The notes under the pieces were generated by a model that was not told the origin of the DNA, searched no databases, and was given only the letters and a program-made list of their open reading frames with translations. 64,000 bases of DNA from Candidatus Thalassarchaeum betae (GTDB lineage Archaea > Thermoplasmatota > Poseidoniia > Poseidoniales > Thalassarchaeaceae), in contig PSPG01000002.1 in assembly GCA_003193925.1 (NCBI GenBank), positions 32,001-96,000 of the forward strand, given 5' to 3'. This document shows, piece by piece, positions 38,181-48,400 of this stretch. Within the stretch, counting starts at the first letter, position 1; each line of letters begins with the position of its first letter. The position numbers were made by a program, and so were the translations under genes.

Positions 38181-39536
38181 ATGAGGACGATGGCGGAGAG
38201 GAATCGGTGGAAATCCTCCGATGATGATATCGCCGACGTAGCGGAGGCGTTCGAGGCCGAGCACACCGAGGGCGAGCCCGTCCCATCTTTCGATGGCACT
38301 GACGAGGATGCGCAGGTCAGGGACGCGCTGGGTATCGTGATCGGCGTATCCGCCGGCCTCATCGTCCTCCTCAGCGTCGCTGTCGTCCTGCTGTGGTTCT
38401 GGGCCGGGATGCAGGGCGTCAACATCGGGGGCCCCCCCGCGTCGCTGCTGACATGGGAGGAGGAGTATCGCGACCTGACGGGGCTCAACGATGTCGAGGG
38501 AGACGGTACGGGAGTGGTGCTCTGCATAGTCGACTCGGGCATCGACCTCGGGCATCCTGACCTCGAGCAGCTCGAGCTGGCTGGGTGGATGGATGCCGTC
38601 GACGGGGTCGAGCAGCCATACGACAACGAGGGGCACGGGACTGCGATGGCCGGCATCATCGTGGCCCAAGATGGCCTGCAGGGCATTGCCCCCGGAGTGA
38701 GCCTGCTGGTGGCCAAGGCGATTGGGGAGGAAGGCACGGGTAGCGATGACCAGATTGCCGACGCAGTGGACTGGTGCGTTGAGCAGCAGGCGGACGTCAT
38801 ATCGCTGAGCCTGGGTGGCGACCAGGGGTTCGGCTCCGGCTTATTCTCCACCGACGCGCTAGAGCAGGCTGCAGAAGACGCCATCGACCAGGGGGTGTAC
38901 GTCGTGGCCGCGGCTGGCAACGACGGCGAGGACGATGACGGTGACGTGGAGTCACCTGGTTCGGTCGAGGACGTGATCTGCGTGGGCGGCATCACGAGGT
39001 ACGGCAACATCTGGGTGGGAAGTTCCGAGGGCGACAACAATGGCAGGATATGGCCGAACCCGATCCTACCGCGAGACGACCCGGACAAGAAGCCGGAGTT
39101 AGTCGCGCCCGGGCACGAAGTGCCCGTCCTGATGGCAGGCGGCTTGGAAAGCGGCACTTGGTGGGGCTGGTCGAGCGGGACCTCGGCAGCCACGGCCTGG
39201 GTCTCGGGGGCTCTGGCTGTGGTCCTCGAGGCTCATCCCGAGATGCAACGCGAAGGAGCGTCGGGCGGAGCTGGAGCGGTAGCTCAGATGAAGGCCGTGA
39301 TAATGGAGAACTCACAGATGAAGGATGGTCAGAGCGAGCACGATGACCACAATGGTTACGGGCACCTCAGGGTCGACCTGCTGCTCCAGGCTCTCGGGAA
39401 CTCGAGCGCTGACTCATCGGGGTTCGAGGCGAGCGCTGATTCGACGAGCGAGCGGCCCCTGGCTGACGAGCTTCAGGTTGCCCGGCGAAGCACTGCAAGA
39501 GAGCCGCCGGTCAACTCGACGAAGCCCAGCGAGTGA
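38181..39536 (+). CDS. membrane-anchored S8 subtilisin-like serine protease
   Basis: VDSG, HGTAMAG, AAAGN, SGTSAA catalytic motifs; N-terminal TM. Confidence 0.93.
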   Translation: MRTMAERNRWKSSDDDIADVAEAFEAEHTEGEPVPSFDGTDEDAQVRDALGIVIGVSAGLIVLLSVAVVLLWFWAGMQGVNIGGPPASLLTWEEEYRDLTGLNDVEGDGTGVVLCIVDSGIDLGHPDLEQLELAGWMDAVDGVEQPYDNEGHGTAMAGIIVAQDGLQGIAPGVSLLVAKAIGEEGTGSDDQIADAVDWCVEQQADVISLSLGGDQGFGSGLFSTDALEQAAEDAIDQGVYVVAAAGNDGEDDDGDVESPGSVEDVICVGGITRYGNIWVGSSEGDNNGRIWPNPILPRDDPDKKPELVAPGHEVPVLMAGGLESGTWWGWSSGTSAATAWVSGALAVVLEAHPEMQREGASGGAGAVAQMKAVIMENSQMKDGQSEHDDHNGYGHLRVDLLLQALGNSSADSSGFEASADSTSERPLADELQVARRSTAREPPVNSTKPSE

Positions 39537-40267
39537 GACTCGCTCGTCTGCTTCACGAAGTCTATCCACCGGTTGAACGACTCGACCTTCATCTGGGCTG
39601 GCGTCGGCTCCGAGCCCTCTTCGGCGACTCCGACATCGCCGGTGGGCACCTCGGGCTCCTGTACGAGCAGCACCCCTCCCGGGGACAGCATCTCGAATGC
39701 TGCCGACGAGGCGGAGGCGCGCTCGGACTCGGGCATGTCGATGATCACCAGGTCCAAAGGTAGTGGGAGCGGGGATGGCTGAGCGGATTTCGGCAGTGCT
39801 GCGGTGGCTGCAGACCATGAAGCTGACTCGGCGGCCACCTCCTGCCACGGCATTGCTATGACATGCGTCCAGGACTCAGCCCCGTGACGGCGTATCAGAC
39901 GGTCGATGATGACGCCGAACCTGCCCCCCGGCTCGACTATCCTGAATGAGTCCGGCCTCTTAGGAGGCTGCTCGGGGGGATCAGCGGGGTCGCCGCACCA
40001 CAGATCCAGCAGCCATGCGGCCAGATGCCCGATTCCACCGCCCACCAGAACGGCGTTGCTCGCAGGGACTCTCGCTGAGATGTCCCTGATTCTAGCGCGC
40101 ATCGAGCGAGGCAGCGGCAGGAGGTTCATGTGCAGCATCTGCTCGCCTATGCTAGCTGCTATGGCAGGCTCGGCGTCGTCTCGCTCGGCGCCCTCCGAGA
40201 GGAGTCTCCCGAACATCTCGCGCTCTGACATCTGTGGAAGCCCGATGCCGCCGCCATCAGTGCTCAT
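39473..40267 (-). CDS. SAM-dependent methyltransferase-like protein
   Basis: VLVGGGIG motif I, DLVIID, LSPGGVLLV. Confidence 0.6.
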   Translation of the reverse strand: MSTDGGGIGLPQMSEREMFGRLLSEGAERDDAEPAIAASIGEQMLHMNLLPLPRSMRARIRDISARVPASNAVLVGGGIGHLAAWLLDLWCGDPADPPEQPPKRPDSFRIVEPGGRFGVIIDRLIRRHGAESWTHVIAMPWQEVAAESASWSAATAALPKSAQPSPLPLPLDLVIIDMPESERASASSAAFEMLSPGGVLLVQEPEVPTGDVGVAEEGSEPTPAQMKVESFNRWIDFVKQTSESHSLGFVELTGGSLAVLRRAT

Positions 40268-40346
40268 GCGCGCTGCTCTGGGGAGCAACTATTCAATCAT
40301 CGCATACGTGGATGGCTTCAAGAGAGTGGTGCATTCCGGAGCGCTC

Positions 40347-40955
40347 GTGCAACCTGATGACCAGACTGATGTCGCGGATGTCGCGATATGCCCGAACTGC
40401 TCGGGCTTGGCCGAGCACGAGGTTCTCCGCAGAACCCCCCGGGGCCCGGGAGAAGACCTGCTGGCGAAGTGCATGGATTGCGGCGTGGTCCACACTATCG
40501 AGTTGCGACCTACCAAAGGAGTGGGGATCACAGCCACCCTCTCCGACGGTCAGCTGAGCACCTCTGATGTCATCGAGGCTGACGAGGACGAGGTGATTTC
40601 GGTCGGTGACCTGTTCAAGCATGACGAGGCGGACTGGGAAGTCACTCGAATCGACGGGGGGGCTTCGCGTCCCTTCGACAGGCTGCCTGCAGGCGAAATC
40701 AGGGCTCTCTGGGCCGTGCGCAAGGACAAGGCCGTCGTGCGACTGACGATGACCGAGGGAGAGGACAGCGTCGCGTCAAGCATCGAGTGCGAGCCTGACA
40801 GGGTGTTCTCCTGCGGCAAGATACTGGATGTCGACGGGCGCAGGTGGAGAATCAGGGCCCTGCATACCGGAAGGGGGAGGACCCTGAGTGGGAGCAGGGC
40901 GGCCTCAGAGCTCCGCAGGATTTACCTCCACCCGGCCGAAAAGCGCTGGAACTAG
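40347..40955 (+). CDS. archaeal zinc-finger protein (HVO_0476-like)
   Basis: CPNC..HEVL..CMDCGVVH N-terminus; GTG start. Confidence 0.8.
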   Translation: MQPDDQTDVADVAICPNCSGLAEHEVLRRTPRGPGEDLLAKCMDCGVVHTIELRPTKGVGITATLSDGQLSTSDVIEADEDEVISVGDLFKHDEADWEVTRIDGGASRPFDRLPAGEIRALWAVRKDKAVVRLTMTEGEDSVASSIECEPDRVFSCGKILDVDGRRWRIRALHTGRGRTLSGSRAASELRRIYLHPAEKRWN

Positions 40956-40956
40956 G

Positions 40957-41934
40957 TCACCGACGATTGGTCCAAGGCATCAGTAGAGCCTTCGCCACGT
41001 GCGAAGCTACCTCAGGATTCTCCCGCAGCCTACGCATGCTGTATTCGTACCACTTGGTTCCGTACGGCACGTAGACGCGGGTTATGTGACCTTCGCCGGC
41101 AAGGCGCCTGCGGACGTCACCCCTGACGCCGAGGAGGAACTGGAACTCGTAGCCGGGACCCTTGTCTGCAGAGCGGGTGACTTCGGTCTCGTGCCTCGGG
41201 TCCGCCTTCCCGGGACCCATCCCCCGCGACTCCAGAGCGCTGAGGGAGTGCTCGATGACCGGGGTGTCGTGGGATGCGATGGCGGTGTAGGCGCCGGAGT
41301 CGAGCATGAGGTCGATGGCCTTGTTGGTGGCATCGACTATCGCCCTGTAGTCGGAGTGCGCGATGTCGCTGGGTTCGAGGTAGATTCCCTTACAGATGCG
41401 GAAGTCCGTGGCTGTACCGGTGGCTTCGCTGATTTCGGAGATGTCAGAGGAGGTCCTGAACAGCCTCCCCTGCAGTACCACCCCTATGTTCGTCAGGCCC
41501 TTCTCGTGCATCGCCAGAGCCACGTCGATGGTGCCCTTGGTGACGCGATGGTCCTCCATGTCCAAGCGGACGAAGATGTCGTGTCGAGCGGCCTTGTGGA
41601 GTAGGCGCTCGATGTTCGCGTGGGCCACCGAATCGTCAATCAGCAATCCGAATGCGGTCGGCTTGATGGAGAGGTTCGCATCCAAACCGCTGTCCGCTAT
41701 CGCATCGATTAGCCTGCTGTACTCGTCGATGAAGAACTGCGACTCGTCCAATGTGGCGATCTCCTCGCCTAGGACGTCTACGGTGAAGCAGGCGTCCTCG
41801 GCGCTCATCACACTCATCAGACGGATGGCGCTATCGAGGTCGGGGCCGGCGACGTAGCGCTTGGCGACCCAGTTGATGATGAACCTGGGGGTGAAGGGCA
41901 TCATGCCCACGATGACTCGCCCGAACAGGCCCAT
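40957..41934 (-). CDS. monofunctional proline dehydrogenase
   Basis: RYVAG, LDMED, CKGIY, ASHD, YVPYG..WYEYSMRRLRENP. Confidence 0.93.
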   Translation of the reverse strand: MGLFGRVIVGMMPFTPRFIINWVAKRYVAGPDLDSAIRLMSVMSAEDACFTVDVLGEEIATLDESQFFIDEYSRLIDAIADSGLDANLSIKPTAFGLLIDDSVAHANIERLLHKAARHDIFVRLDMEDHRVTKGTIDVALAMHEKGLTNIGVVLQGRLFRTSSDISEISEATGTATDFRICKGIYLEPSDIAHSDYRAIVDATNKAIDLMLDSGAYTAIASHDTPVIEHSLSALESRGMGPGKADPRHETEVTRSADKGPGYEFQFLLGVRGDVRRRLAGEGHITRVYVPYGTKWYEYSMRRLRENPEVASHVAKALLMPWTNRR

Positions 41935-41977
41935 CTGTCAGTGGCAGAGTCCGACGAGCCTTCACAATTGCTGAGGG

Positions 41978-42907
41978 CTAATTTAACTCTCGGCCTCGGC
42001 GCACGGGCACATCCAACTCACTCAGAAGCTCGAGGATCGCGCTTCGCTGCCAGCCCTTGAACGACTTCCTGTCGAGGTGGGCGAACAGGTTGCCACCCGG
42101 GAATGCCTCCCGGGTCGCTCGGACCGAGACCTCCAGGGAATGACGCCACGCACCCGCAGGGGCGGAGTCCCCGTCGGGTTCCTCGAAGGGCAGGGCGTAG
42201 TTCGCTAGGATGTGGCCGACCCACAACTCGGACTCGGATAGCACTGCCTTGTGACGCGGGGCGTAGTGGCCTCCTCCCAGCCCGATCATCACATCCCCGC
42301 CGGGCTGCCATTCGACCGGCGGCTGACCCGAGAGGCCTAGGTTGCGCGAGATTACTTCGGCCCAGACATCGGCGGCTTCCTGCCTCTCCCACTGCTCGAT
42401 GGTCGAGCCTATTTCGATGTATAGCGTCGGTCTCTCAAGCAGAGGACCGTGATGTGTGGCCTCCAGTGTGAGGTCGAACTCCTCGTCCAGCCCGCGCGCG
42501 CGAGCGAGGTCGAGCATCGCTCGGTATAGGGGGGCGAAGCGTGGGGACGGCGGGACTACAGCGCCCTTGAGACCGCCTGCCTGACCAGGCTCGCCGTGGG
42601 GGGTCTCGCCGGGCACGCCGATTGCGTGCAGCGTCAGTGCGGGGGTCTGGCTGGCCGAGACGTGGCGAGACAGCACGAGGACCTCGTCCACCGTCTGGCC
42701 AGTCTCCTCCTCGTGAATAGCATCAATCCCGTCGGCCTTGATGTGGAGTTGGTCGATCAGCAGGAGATGTGCCGGGCGCTGCGAGTGCGTTCGCACTGTT
42801 CCATGCTCCATCTCGACCGCTTCGCCCCATCCCCCGAGACGGAGCACGGCATCATGGAGATTGACAGAGGCTACATCTCCCCTCGATGCCAAGAGCAAGG
42901 TGACCAT
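41978..42907 (-). CDS. dtdA: D-aminoacyl-tRNA deacylase (DTD2)
   Basis: SRH, LEATHHGP, IEIGS, GGGHYAP. Confidence 0.92.
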   Translation of the reverse strand: MVTLLLASRGDVASVNLHDAVLRLGGWGEAVEMEHGTVRTHSQRPAHLLLIDQLHIKADGIDAIHEEETGQTVDEVLVLSRHVSASQTPALTLHAIGVPGETPHGEPGQAGGLKGAVVPPSPRFAPLYRAMLDLARARGLDEEFDLTLEATHHGPLLERPTLYIEIGSTIEQWERQEAADVWAEVISRNLGLSGQPPVEWQPGGDVMIGLGGGHYAPRHKAVLSESELWVGHILANYALPFEEPDGDSAPAGAWRHSLEVSVRATREAFPGGNLFAHLDRKSFKGWQRSAILELLSELDVPVRRGRELN

Positions 42908-42964
42908 GTGCACGCGAGGGGGATTGAGCCTTAATCCTCTCAGCCACACCTTCAAGCATGAACG

Positions 42965-43891
42965 ATGACGGGACGCAGCATGGGCGATGCGCCTCTCGGC
43001 TTCGCGCCGATGAGAGTTGACAGAGGTGGCTCGAGTCTGGTCGTGGTAGGCAGCTCCGGGGAGCTTGTCAGAGTCACCTCCGACGGCAGTCCGATGCACC
43101 CGGCTGTAAGGCCCTTCCCGGCCTCAGTCACCGGAGGTGCGGTCCTCGATGAGGTCTGGGTGGGCACCTGGGTCGAGCGTGAACTGCAACAGGCTAGGAT
43201 GGCTGCCCTGCCCCTCGAGGGGGATTGGGGGGATGGTGCAGGCAGGGAGATTCTCAGGAATTCAATCAACTCAGCGAGGGATGTGATGCCATCCTCCTCG
43301 GTATGGTCCGAGGTCCTCGACGCAGAACCCCTCGCCGTCTCCAGAGTCGGCGACGGCCTCGTCTTCGCCACACTCGGCAGAGGGGTGTACAGGACCGATG
43401 CGGATGCCGGGGAGATCTGGCGAGCGCCGTATCCAGAGTGGCCGGGCCTCTCTAGGGTCGCCTCCAGAGACGCCCTAGTCTCGTCGAACCAATCGGAAGA
43501 TGGAGTGGTAGTCTGGTCCGAGGCTGGCGGAATGGCAGTCCTCGACTGCGATGACGGTTCGTCACTGCTGAGCAGGGAGCTGTCGTTGCCGGACAGACTG
43601 GAAGGCGTCAGGAGCTCAGATGACGGAGAGTGGCTGCTGATGCTGAGCGGCGGGGGAGTCATTCTGCTGGGAAGTCTGGAATCCGAGCCCGAATTCATCC
43701 GGACCCCAGGTCCGGTCATGGATGCGGTGCATGACGGCAGCCATTGGAGATGGACCGGATGGCGCCACGACGGTGGACTCTTTGATGGAGCGTCGTTGGC
43801 CAGATGCGTAGCAAGGGACGAGGTTGGTGTCGCACTGATTGGCGATAGGGTCCTGACCAACGACGGCGGATGGGATGATATCCGAGTCTAG
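42965..43891 (+). CDS. hypothetical protein, probable beta-propeller
   Basis: Repeating beta-rich segments ending in D-G...W; host-like codon use. Confidence 0.65.
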   Translation: MTGRSMGDAPLGFAPMRVDRGGSSLVVVGSSGELVRVTSDGSPMHPAVRPFPASVTGGAVLDEVWVGTWVERELQQARMAALPLEGDWGDGAGREILRNSINSARDVMPSSSVWSEVLDAEPLAVSRVGDGLVFATLGRGVYRTDADAGEIWRAPYPEWPGLSRVASRDALVSSNQSEDGVVVWSEAGGMAVLDCDDGSSLLSRELSLPDRLEGVRSSDDGEWLLMLSGGGVILLGSLESEPEFIRTPGPVMDAVHDGSHWRWTGWRHDGGLFDGASLARCVARDEVGVALIGDRVLTNDGGWDDIRV

Positions 43892-43892
43892 C

Positions 43893-44063
43893 TCACTCGG
43901 ACGGGGCCGAATGGCCGCACTTGCCGCACACTTTGCGGTCCTCGTGCACGCCGAGGAACACACCCGGGCCGCAAGACGGGCAGAACTCGCCCTTCCTGAC
44001 CAGTTCACCGTCCTCTACGGAGTACTTCGAGTGCTTCCCATTGGGATTGGGGCCGTCTCCCAT
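43893..44063 (-). CDS. rps27ae: 30S ribosomal protein S27ae (missing from ORF track)
   Basis: Manual translation MGDGPNPNGKHSKYSVEDGELVRKGEFCPSCGPGVFLGVHEDRKVCGKCGHSAPSE; coupled to rps24e. Confidence 0.93.
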   Translation of the reverse strand: MGDGPNPNGKHSKYSVEDGELVRKGEFCPSCGPGVFLGVHEDRKVCGKCGHSAPSE

Positions 44064-44452
44064 CACTCATCACCGCCCTCGGGTTCCCCTTCTGCGGGCT
44101 CCTCAGCCGACTCTTCGACTGACTCGGGCTCGCTGGCGGGCTTGACTTTGGGCGCCTTCTTGTCTTTGGGCGCCTTCTTGTCCCCGCTGTGCCTGTCCCT
44201 GACGAAATCGGGCTCGAGGGCGGCAGACTCGGCTGTGCCGTAGACAAGAACCAGGCCGGTGGTCTGTGGCCGGCCAAATCGGGTGTTCACTTCCTTGACG
44301 AAGACGAGGTCTTCCTTGGCTCCCGGCTCCGCCTTCGCGGCGGCTGCGACCATCTCCTTCAGAGAGGGGGTCGGAGAGTTGGTGTGCTCCCATCGGAACC
44401 TGATCTCGACGCGGTCGAGCAGCGGGTTCTCCTTCCTCTCGATGACTTCCAT
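44063..44452 (-). CDS. rps24e: 30S ribosomal protein S24e
   Basis: ENPLLDR..H..SPTPS..T.FG motif; gene context. Confidence 0.93.
   Translation of the reverse strand: MEVIERKENPLLDRVEIRFRWEHTNSPTPSLKEMVAAAAKAEPGAKEDLVFVKEVNTRFGRPQTTGLVLVYGTAESAALEPDFVRDRHSGDKKAPKDKKAPKVKPASEPESVEESAEEPAEGEPEGGDE
44146..44181. repeat. 18-bp tandem duplication encoding DKKAPK x2 in the S24e tail
   Basis: ctttgggcgccttcttgt repeated twice. Confidence 0.8.
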
Positions 44453-44464
44453 TCGACTCCCTCC

Positions 44465-44683
44465 CTATCTGATGTTGACCTTCAGGGCATAGTTCCCAGG
44501 CTGAGTGACATTGAGCCTCTTGGCGACCTCTGAGCGCTCGGGGTGGAGAATCACGACGAAGCCCTGCCAGTCGGTGGTCACCGGGGCACTCGGGCAGTGG
44601 GTGCACTGGGGCGGGTCGCTCCTCTTCTCGGGGTCGGGGAGTATCCTGTTGCACTCGCCGCAAGCGAAAGGCTGCTTGACCAT
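44465..44683 (-). CDS. spt4: transcription elongation factor Spt4 (RpoE'')
   Basis: ACGEC..CTHC..WQG.V.I..PERSEVAK..PGNYALKV. Confidence 0.95.
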   Translation of the reverse strand: MVKQPFACGECNRILPDPEKRSDPPQCTHCPSAPVTTDWQGFVVILHPERSEVAKRLNVTQPGNYALKVNIR

Positions 44684-44684
44684 A

Positions 44685-45233
44685 TCAGTCAGCCTCCTCT
44701 AGCCAGTCGAAGGCGCCGAGGCCGTCCATCTTGCAGTTGAGGCCTATCTTAGAGGAGCGGGGGTCGTTCTGGTTGATAGACTTCGAGACTATTCTAGAGC
44801 GAACCGGAGTCCCCTCCTCGAGGTGCTTGCCGCTCTTGGAACCCTCGATTCGGCGGATACCGAGGTTGACCTGCACCGGCTCGTCAAGAATCTGTGACTT
44901 GTGGAGGAGCGCCTCGACAGGACCGATTCTGACGAATGCACCGTACTCGGAAATCTCAGAGACGGCCCCATCGACGACCTCGTTGTTCTCCATGGTGAAG
45001 ATGAGGGCCTTGAATCGGACGTTCTGGTAGATTGCGCCGTCGCCGTGGATGATCTTGCCTCGGCCGACGGCCTCGTGATCGAAAGTGAGCAGGGTGTAGT
45101 CCTCGTTCTCGTCGAAACGGCCTTCGAACGCATCGAGGGCCAGCTCGTCGATGTGATCCTCGAGCTTGCGCCCCTGGCGTATGTACTCGGCCGGGATTCG
45201 GATGGTATCATCGCGGGTCACTAGACTGTACAT
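44685..45233 (-). CDS. rpoE1: DNA-directed RNA polymerase subunit E' (Rpo7)
   Basis: MY...DTIRIP, IIHGDG, GAFVRIGP, LLHKSQI, GLG..DW. Confidence 0.96.
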   Translation of the reverse strand: MYSLVTRDDTIRIPAEYIRQGRKLEDHIDELALDAFEGRFDENEDYTLLTFDHEAVGRGKIIHGDGAIYQNVRFKALIFTMENNEVVDGAVSEISEYGAFVRIGPVEALLHKSQILDEPVQVNLGIRRIEGSKSGKHLEEGTPVRSRIVSKSINQNDPRSSKIGLNCKMDGLGAFDWLEEAD

Positions 45234-45250
45234 CGGTTTCTTCCTCCGTA

Positions 45251-45333
45251 ACGGACCCGCTCCGAGGCCGGCAGGAGGAAGGGGGGTCACCCTCCCGTCC
45301 CTCATCGGCCATGCCTCTGGAGGAGAGGTCCGT
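45251..45333 (-). promoter_or_regulatory. structured 5' leader (long hairpin with GUGA tetraloop) of the rpoE' operon
   Basis: Nested inverted repeats ACGGACC/GGTCCGT, CTCC-GAGGC/GCCTC-GGAG, GGGAGG-GTGA-CCCCCC; CTTATA box about 25 nt upstream. Confidence 0.55.
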
Positions 45334-45477
45334 GCGCCCGGCGACCGACCCCCCCGGTATAAGCACAACGGATGACAGCCGTGTTCCGGCTACCCATATA
45401 GGGCGTTCAGACCATAGGTCTGGATGAGTATATAGGGCGAATGTTCAAGTGGATTCGGAAGGCCATCTCCAGTTCTG

Positions 45478-48400
45478 ATGGTAGCGTGTGCTTCGTCTGG
45501 AGACCCGTCACGGCTGCGTGAAGCAGCCCTTGGCGTCGCGCTGATGCTGCTGATGTCATTGTCTCCTGTACTCATGCAGTTCGATGCCCACGTCCGGATG
45601 CAGACCGGGGACGGCACCCAGAGCCCATGGTCCGACGGTGGTCAGCCATGGCCGCAGTCGGGCAGGACGCCGGGCAGGGTAGCGGATGTCCCGGCGCACA
45701 GCCCTGACGGGGGTGCTGGCAACGGTACGCCGGCCGACGCGGCTGAACTGATGTCGATAGTCGAGCCAGCGGTGAACTGGGTCTACGGCTCGTACTCCAT
45801 CAGCACAGACGCGCTGGCCACCCCGATTGCGGACCTGTCTGCATCGGTGACCAAGGACGAGGCGGCTGCCGAGCGCTGCGGTGGCAGTTCACTGTTCACC
45901 ATCCTAGTCCAGACCGATTCCAATTCGGATCACACATTCCTCAGGATCGTCGAGGGCGAGGATGCCGACCTCGCTTGGTCGGTCGACTTGGGTTTGACCG
46001 AGTACGTGAAGGCTGCCCCCGTAGTAGTCGACGTCGATGGCGACGGGATGCAGGAGGTCCTCGTCGCATACGACGCCTCTGGAACCCTCTACCTCGACGC
46101 CTGGGCTCCTAGGCTGACCTGCTCGGTCACGGGATGGTCCCCTGGAGGGCATGGGGGAGAATTACTGTGGTCTTGGAGCGACGAGTCCCTGATGATTAGC
46201 AGTAATCAAGGGCCTTACTCGAGCAGCGCCCTCGGGGGGCACAAGCCGACAACCCAGCCCCTCCTCGCCGATCTGGACCTAGACGGGGATGCCGAAATTG
46301 TAATTGCCGCCATAGACGAGGTCTCCGGGGAACCGGTCGTGGTCGCCCTAGGGCTGTCCGAAAGCGGGGCCACCCTGCTTTGGGACGCTGCATTGGACAA
46401 GGGCAGTCACCCCTCTGACCCGGCCTTCGCACAGACCGATGATACGACGGGGTACGTGCTCCTGACGACGACCCAGCACAACAGTGGAGCCATGTGGGTT
46501 TGGAAGTTGGACTCAGCGAGCGGCGATTCCAGTTGGGACGGGCTGTCCCTGACGAACTCCGATGGCGACACGGACGCCCCGCACATCAGGCTACCCGGGC
46601 CCGTGATAGCTAATCTCGACAGCGACTCAGCTCCTGAGATGGTGCTCACGATACCGACGGACTTCGACGGCTCAGGCTCTGTCGACGGGGCGGAGTTCAT
46701 CGGAATGGAGATTGGCAACGGCGACGTGCTCTGGGACTTCGAGGCATCGAACGGCTACGCCGACGCCCCTCCTGTGGTGATTGACACCGATGGAGACGGT
46801 CAGCACGACAGGGTGTGCTGGGTGACTTGGTCCCAGGAGACCACATGGGCCAGACATGGCCATGCCGGCTGTCACGACGTGAGTGGTTCCAGCCCGGATC
46901 AGGCCTGGCAGAAGAGCCTTGAGCAGAGCAGCGGCTATCCGAACGACGAGATAGCCGTCGCCCCCCCGACATGGATGGACATAGACGGCAACGGCGAGCA
47001 GGAGCTACTGGTCGCCTACGGCCGCTCGCTGTGGGCCTTCGACGGTGACGATGGCTCGACTTTCGTTTGGGGTGGATCCATCGATCTGCCCCATAGGACT
47101 TGGTCCGCCCCCGCCCTGGCTGACATGGACGGAGGTGCGACTCTCGATCTGGTTCTCGGTGACACGGTCGTGTCGCACGCCCTGGCTGATGTCAGGCCCC
47201 TGCTGGACCAAAGGGGCATCGAGTTCAGCCCCAGCGAGCCCGATCCCGGCGAGGCTGTCACCGTGACTGCGCTGTTCGAGAACTCGGGGACTGCCGACAC
47301 TGATGATGAGACCGAGGCCAAGCTGTATGCGAACGGCCAGCTGATAGCCAGCTACGAGGCAGGCACCATGGAGCCAGTTGGCCCAACCGGCGGGGGCTCC
47401 TTCGAGTCATTCAGCGTAGAGTGGAGTGGGCCGCTGGGCGAGCACGTCTTCGAACTGGTCCTCGACCCCTACTCCAACGTCTCTCAATCAAGGCGCGACA
47501 ACGACGCCCAGACCACCACGCTAGCTATCGTGGCACCCTACAACGCGACTTTCGAGATACCTACCGAGCCAATCAGGGTAACTCCCGGGGAAAGCGCGCT
47601 GGCGGCCCCTAACATCCGCTCGACGGGCAGGCTTGCAGGAACCTGGAGTCTTGCCGTGGACGACTCTTCGCTACCTGGAGGCTGGACTTGGAGCGACGAG
47701 TCTGGCGGGGGCCTGAGCGGAATCGAGATAGACGTCGATGCGGTATGGGCCCCCCATCTCCGCATTCATGCCCCAGCTGACGCCTTGGGCTCGGATGCCG
47801 GTCACCTCGGCCTCACTCTGACTCTGGACGACGACCCGGACAACGTCAGTGTGTCGGCTTCCCTCCCCATCGAGGCCAACCGGACCCGTGGACTATCCCT
47901 GCGTGGACCCGATGGAACCGCTGCGAGCACCGGTTACGGCCTGCTGGGCGCCGACGCACAGGCTTGGATGCTGCTCCAAAACCTCGGTAACGCCCCTGAG
48001 AACCAGATTACGATTTCGTGGAGCGGCACCGCATGGGGCACGGATCTCAGACTGTACGACATGGCTGGTATCGAGCAGCCGGCACTGTCTCTAGCACCAG
48101 ATGAGGTGCTGCTTCTGACAGCGAGGATGGAAGTCCCGGATGATGCTAATCTGGGCGACTCTGTGGCCACTCCTCTGTCTATGTGCGTAGGCAGTGGAGA
48201 GGAAGAGACCTGTCAGACGATCTCACTCACCTTCGAAGCGGCGGGGGTCGTGACAGATGTCCACCAACGCAGCGTACCTGCGCAGGGTTTGGAGTGGGCC
48301 GTCCACGCTGATATGCCCATCGGGGCGATGCAACTTACCTGGTCGCTCGCCGACGCTGGGATGACCGTACAGGGATGGTCCTGGAGCGCGAGTGGTAACC

